Source of the DNA: Cylindrospermopsis raciborskii Cr2010 | Lineage (GTDB): Bacteria > Cyanobacteriota > Cyanobacteriia > Cyanobacteriales > Nostocaceae | Length of the DNA stretch: 32,000 nucleotides | Assembly (NCBI RefSeq): GCF_003367075.2 | Contig: NZ_CP065936.1 | Location: 2,550,001 to 2,582,000 of the forward strand | Direction: 5' to 3' | Shown: positions 28,731-32,000 of the stretch, one piece after another | Numbering within the stretch: position 1 is the first letter of the stretch | Layout of the letters: every line of letters starts with the position of its first letter | Position numbers and translations under genes: made by a program | The notes under the pieces: model-generated | Database searches by the model: none | Told to the model about the DNA's origin: nothing | The model's input: only the letters and a program-made list of their open reading frames with translations

Positions 28731-29633
28731 ATGACTATGAAAAGACGAGAATTTTTTCTCCTATGCGGTTTAGGTACACTAGGACTAACTGTTGTAAGCA
28801 AAAACCTGATTAACAAAAACAGTCAAAATGCTACCTCCAAGACTGCTATAGCGGGGAATGTCCAACCCCAGGAACCATTACTGCGATTTGTTTCCGTAGC
28901 AGACACGGGGACAGGAGATAAAGGACAGTATGCAGTAGCAAAAGCGATGAATGAATATCATCGCAAAAAACCCTACAACCTGGTTATTTTGGCTGGAGAC
29001 AACATTTATAACAATGGGGAAATTGAGAAAGTAGAAGCAGTTTTTGAACGTCCCTATCAACCCTTACTGGAAAAAGGCGTGAAATTTCATGCTTGCTTGG
29101 GCAATCACGACATTAGAACCGATAATGGTGTGCCTCAAGTGAATTATCCCAAATTTAACATGTTAGGGAGATACTATACCTTCACCCGAGAAAACGTTCA
29201 GTTTTTCGCTTTAGATACCAATGGCAATGCGGACTGGAAAAATCAACTAATTTGGTTAGATAAAGAACTAAACTCCAGCAAAGCTGTTTGGAAGATTGTA
29301 TTTGGTCATCACCCAATTTATGCTTCTGGTGTTTATGGGAGCAATGCCAATTTCATCAAAACCTTCACCCCCATATTTCAAAAGTATGGAGTTCAACTTT
29401 ACATTAACGGTCACGAACATCATTATGAGCGAACTAAACCCATTAATGGCACAACCTATCTGATTTGCGGTGCAGGTGCGGGAAGTCGTCCCGTTGGTCG
29501 CTCCCCATGGACAGAATACTCTACTAGGGATTTGAGTTTTGCTGCTTATGATGTTTATGCAGATAGGATGGAAATTAACGCTATTGATACAAGTAACCGT
29601 GTTTTTGATAGAGCTGTTATTCAAAGTAACTAG
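28731..29633 (+). CDS. Secreted calcineurin-like metallophosphoesterase (purple-acid-phosphatase-like), Tat signal
   Basis: A twin-arginine leader (MKRREFFLLCGLG) is followed by the metallophosphatase motifs DTG, GDNIY, GNHD, GHHP and GHEHHYER. Confidence 0.85.
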   Translation: MTMKRREFFLLCGLGTLGLTVVSKNLINKNSQNATSKTAIAGNVQPQEPLLRFVSVADTGTGDKGQYAVAKAMNEYHRKKPYNLVILAGDNIYNNGEIEKVEAVFERPYQPLLEKGVKFHACLGNHDIRTDNGVPQVNYPKFNMLGRYYTFTRENVQFFALDTNGNADWKNQLIWLDKELNSSKAVWKIVFGHHPIYASGVYGSNANFIKTFTPIFQKYGVQLYINGHEHHYERTKPINGTTYLICGAGAGSRPVGRSPWTEYSTRDLSFAAYDVYADRMEINAIDTSNRVFDRAVIQSN

Positions 29634-30493
29634 GCAATCACTGATTGAAAAACAGTGCTGTTATCCACTCTGTACATAAACTCTTTAGCTAGCGCTATCA
29701 TTGTTTCATGGACATCACCATATTTTTGTTTATAGGTTAACTGCTGGTCAAAATCCAATCCTTCAGCTATTTTCGATCTTTCTGGAATTTTGATCGTAAA
29801 AGTGGGAGGTAATAGAGGATTAACAGTAATAAAATTCAAATTGTGTGTTTGAGAATTAGTACCATTATAGCGGGAGATGATGGTACCCATAGGAGTGATA
29901 TGATGGTCATATTCTTTTTTAAATAGTCTGAGTTTTTCCAGGAGTAATTCCAGACCATGAATTGACATGCGACTGGGTACACAGGGGATTAAACAAAAAT
30001 CGCTAGCGTAGAAGGCACTTTTGATCACATTGTTGATGCTAGGTGGACAATCAATGAGAACATAGTCATATTGTTCTTTTAAGGGTGTAAGAATGTTATG
30101 TAAAATAGCTACAGCATTAGCTGGTAAGTACTCTTGAACATCAAATAGTCTGGGACTACTAGGAATTAAATGCAGACAGTTAAAAGAGTTTTTATTTCTG
30201 ACATTAGAAACCTGGTCTTGAACAATGAACCTTGTACTATGGGGTTTCTCCAGGAAGTAATCGACATTTTTCAGTAAAAAAGGTAGAGTTAAACCCTTTT
30301 GGTCATATTCCCACTCCCATACATCTTCCGACATCATAGCACTAGTGAGATTAGTTTGAGGATCCAAGTCGATCAGAAGCACCCGTTTGTCATATATGGT
30401 GTCACCTGCTAAATATTCTGCTAAGGTCATTACTAGAGTGGTTTTACCCACCCCACCTTTGAGGTTACAGATACTAATTACTTTGGCAGTCAT
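29630..30493 (-). CDS. ParA/MinD-family P-loop ATPase (orphan)
   Basis: 287 aa with the deviant Walker A NLKGGVGKTT including the signature lysine, plus LIDLDPQ and a VLIDCPP Walker B. No ParB-like or small partner ORF is adjacent on its strand. Confidence 0.85.
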   Translation of the reverse strand: MTAKVISICNLKGGVGKTTLVMTLAEYLAGDTIYDKRVLLIDLDPQTNLTSAMMSEDVWEWEYDQKGLTLPFLLKNVDYFLEKPHSTRFIVQDQVSNVRNKNSFNCLHLIPSSPRLFDVQEYLPANAVAILHNILTPLKEQYDYVLIDCPPSINNVIKSAFYASDFCLIPCVPSRMSIHGLELLLEKLRLFKKEYDHHITPMGTIISRYNGTNSQTHNLNFITVNPLLPPTFTIKIPERSKIAEGLDFDQQLTYKQKYGDVHETMIALAKEFMYRVDNSTVFQSVIA

Positions 30494-30540
30494 AGTTTTT
30501 GGTAGATGGCTAGGTAGTCAATTATAGCGTTTCCTTACTT

Positions 30541-31380
30541 ATGGACAACCAGGAAAATAGTTGGCATGGAAAACTCGAGTTAGTCTATGCTCAACGTCAA
30601 AACTCCACCCAATTAATGTTCAGTCACAATCAAGCACCCTTAAAAGTACAACGCCCTTTTTACCCAGAAGGTGAAAAAATATGTCACAGTGTGATTTTAC
30701 ATACCGCTGGAGGTGTAGTAGCAGGCGATCGCCTGAGTTCAAAAATTCACTTACAATCGGAGACGGACGTACTAATAACCACAGCAGCTGCCAATAAAAT
30801 CTATCGGAGCAATGGGTTGTATGCGAAACAAAAAGTAAGCATCCAAATAGATAGAGGATCATGTTTAGAATACCTACCTCAAGAGACAATAGTATTTAAT
30901 GGTGGGAGATATAGACAAGACGTGCGCATAGAATTAGGAGAAGGGAGTAGTTTTATAGGGTGGGAAATCAGTAGACTGGGGAGAACAGCAAGAGGGGAAA
31001 AATTCCTGGAAGGAGAAATCCTATCCCACACAGAAATATGGCAAGGGGAAGTACCACTATGGATAGACAGACAACATATACCCGGTGGTGTAGAAGCATT
31101 TTACAACCCTCATAGTTTAAAAGGGAACCCGGTAATTGGCAGTTTTGTCTGTGTTGGTTTACCCATATCTGAGGAAAGGATAGAAAAGTCCCGTTCTGGG
31201 ATTGCTAATGGGTGGGATGCTGGTGTAACCAGGTTAGAACAGGGAATGTTGTGTAGATATCGTGGTAATTCTACATCCTGGGCAAAAAATTGGTTTACAA
31301 ATGTTTGGCAAGATTTGCGACAATCTTTGTTAAACCGTGGTAATTGTATTCCTAGAGTCTGGCAAATTACCAGGAACTAA
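30541..31380 (+). CDS. ureD: Urease accessory protein UreD
   Basis: 279 aa with UreD-like sequence ([19 protein letters not shown]), located immediately upstream of ureA and ureB. Confidence 0.85.
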   Translation: MDNQENSWHGKLELVYAQRQNSTQLMFSHNQAPLKVQRPFYPEGEKICHSVILHTAGGVVAGDRLSSKIHLQSETDVLITTAAANKIYRSNGLYAKQKVSIQIDRGSCLEYLPQETIVFNGGRYRQDVRIELGEGSSFIGWEISRLGRTARGEKFLEGEILSHTEIWQGEVPLWIDRQHIPGGVEAFYNPHSLKGNPVIGSFVCVGLPISEERIEKSRSGIANGWDAGVTRLEQGMLCRYRGNSTSWAKNWFTNVWQDLRQSLLNRGNCIPRVWQITRN

Positions 31381-31393
31381 CCAGGAGGTAAAA

Positions 31394-31696
31394 ATGCAAC
31401 TGACACCCCAGGAAAAAGACAAGTTATTAATATTCACAGCTGCTTTAGTAGCTGAAAGAAGAAAAAATCGAGGATTGAAGTTAAATTATCCCGAGTCCAT
31501 AGCCCTGATTTCCGCTTCCATTCTTGAAGGAGCAAGGGATGGACAAACAGTAGCACAACTAATGAGTTATGGAACAACTCTACTAACCCGAGAGGACGTA
31601 ATGGAGGGTGTAGCAGAAATGATTCACGAAGTGCAAGTAGAAGCTACATTTCCCGATGGCACAAAATTAGTAACCGTTCACAATCCCATTCGATAG
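31394..31696 (+). CDS. ureA: Urease gamma subunit
   Basis: [34 protein letters not shown] is nearly invariant UreA sequence. An AGGAGG RBS lies 7 nt upstream of the ATG at 31394, and the product is 100 aa. Confidence 0.95.
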   Translation: MQLTPQEKDKLLIFTAALVAERRKNRGLKLNYPESIALISASILEGARDGQTVAQLMSYGTTLLTREDVMEGVAEMIHEVQVEATFPDGTKLVTVHNPIR

Positions 31697-31706
31697 AGGA
31701 ACCAGC

Positions 31707-32000
31707 ATGATTCCAGGAGAAATCATCACCTTACCAGGTGACATAGAACTAAACGCCAGTCGCAGCACCACTAACCTTATAGTAGCCAATACAGGAGATA
31801 GACCTATCCAAATTGGTTCACACTTTCACTTTTATGAAGTTAATAGCTCCCTGAAATTTGACAGGGAAAAAGCACGGGGAATGAGACTAGATATCCCCGC
31901 AGGAACAGCAGTCAGATTTGAACCTGGAGATGAGAAAGAAATTACCCTAGTTCCCCTAGTAGGGAGAAGAGAAATCTATGGGTTCAACGGTAAAATCAAC
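31707..32000 (+). CDS. ureB: Urease beta subunit, 3' end cut by the window
   Basis: My translation from the ATG at 31707 gives [46 protein letters not shown]...[11 protein letters not shown]. It is open to the window end (98 codons). Confidence 0.9.
   Translation, partial: MIPGEIITLPGDIELNASRSTTNLIVANTGDRPIQIGSHFHFYEVNSSLKFDREKARGMRLDIPAGTAVRFEPGDEKEITLVPLVGRREIYGFNGKIN

Overview
This looks like a chromosomal segment from an AT-rich cyanobacterium. The HIP1 octamer GCGATCGC occurs 8 times, and the gene content suggests a filamentous Nostocales-type organism, though that placement is inference. Most of the window is ordinary housekeeping:
- a GH100 alkaline/neutral invertase (partial)
- trpS, metF, coaD, lgt, cobM/cbiF, ribF, hemB and queC
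- an asparaginase-II-family protein, an initiator tRNA, a plant-type ferredoxin and a DUF3326 protein
- the start of a urease cluster, ureD-ureA-ureB

Four things stand out.
1. A tRNA gene with anticodon CAU (18555..20910) is split inside the anticodon by a 2.28 kb group II intron that looks structurally intact. The intron has a GUGCG 5' end, a loop-borne EBS1, a canonical domain V, and a domain VI with a bulged A 7 nt from the 3' end. Its RT/maturase/HNH ORF carries substitutions at normally invariant RT residues (YADD to YAHD, PQG to PVG).
2. A large HstK-type gene (Ser/Thr kinase, GAF, histidine kinase) is broken by a 756 bp IS1-family element. There is no target-site duplication, and roughly 500 codons (kinase C-lobe plus NTPase domain) appear to be missing.
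3. A chromosomal two-gene cassette (23750..25356) encodes a ParM/Alp-type actin-like ATPase followed by a small protein with a ribbon-helix-helix-like N-terminus and a coiled coil. This has the layout of a parMR operon.
4. An orphan ParA/MinD-type ATPase sits beside the urease genes.

I saw no CRISPR array, rRNA or obvious defence island. All calls come from reading the sequence and the supplied translations; no database searches were run.
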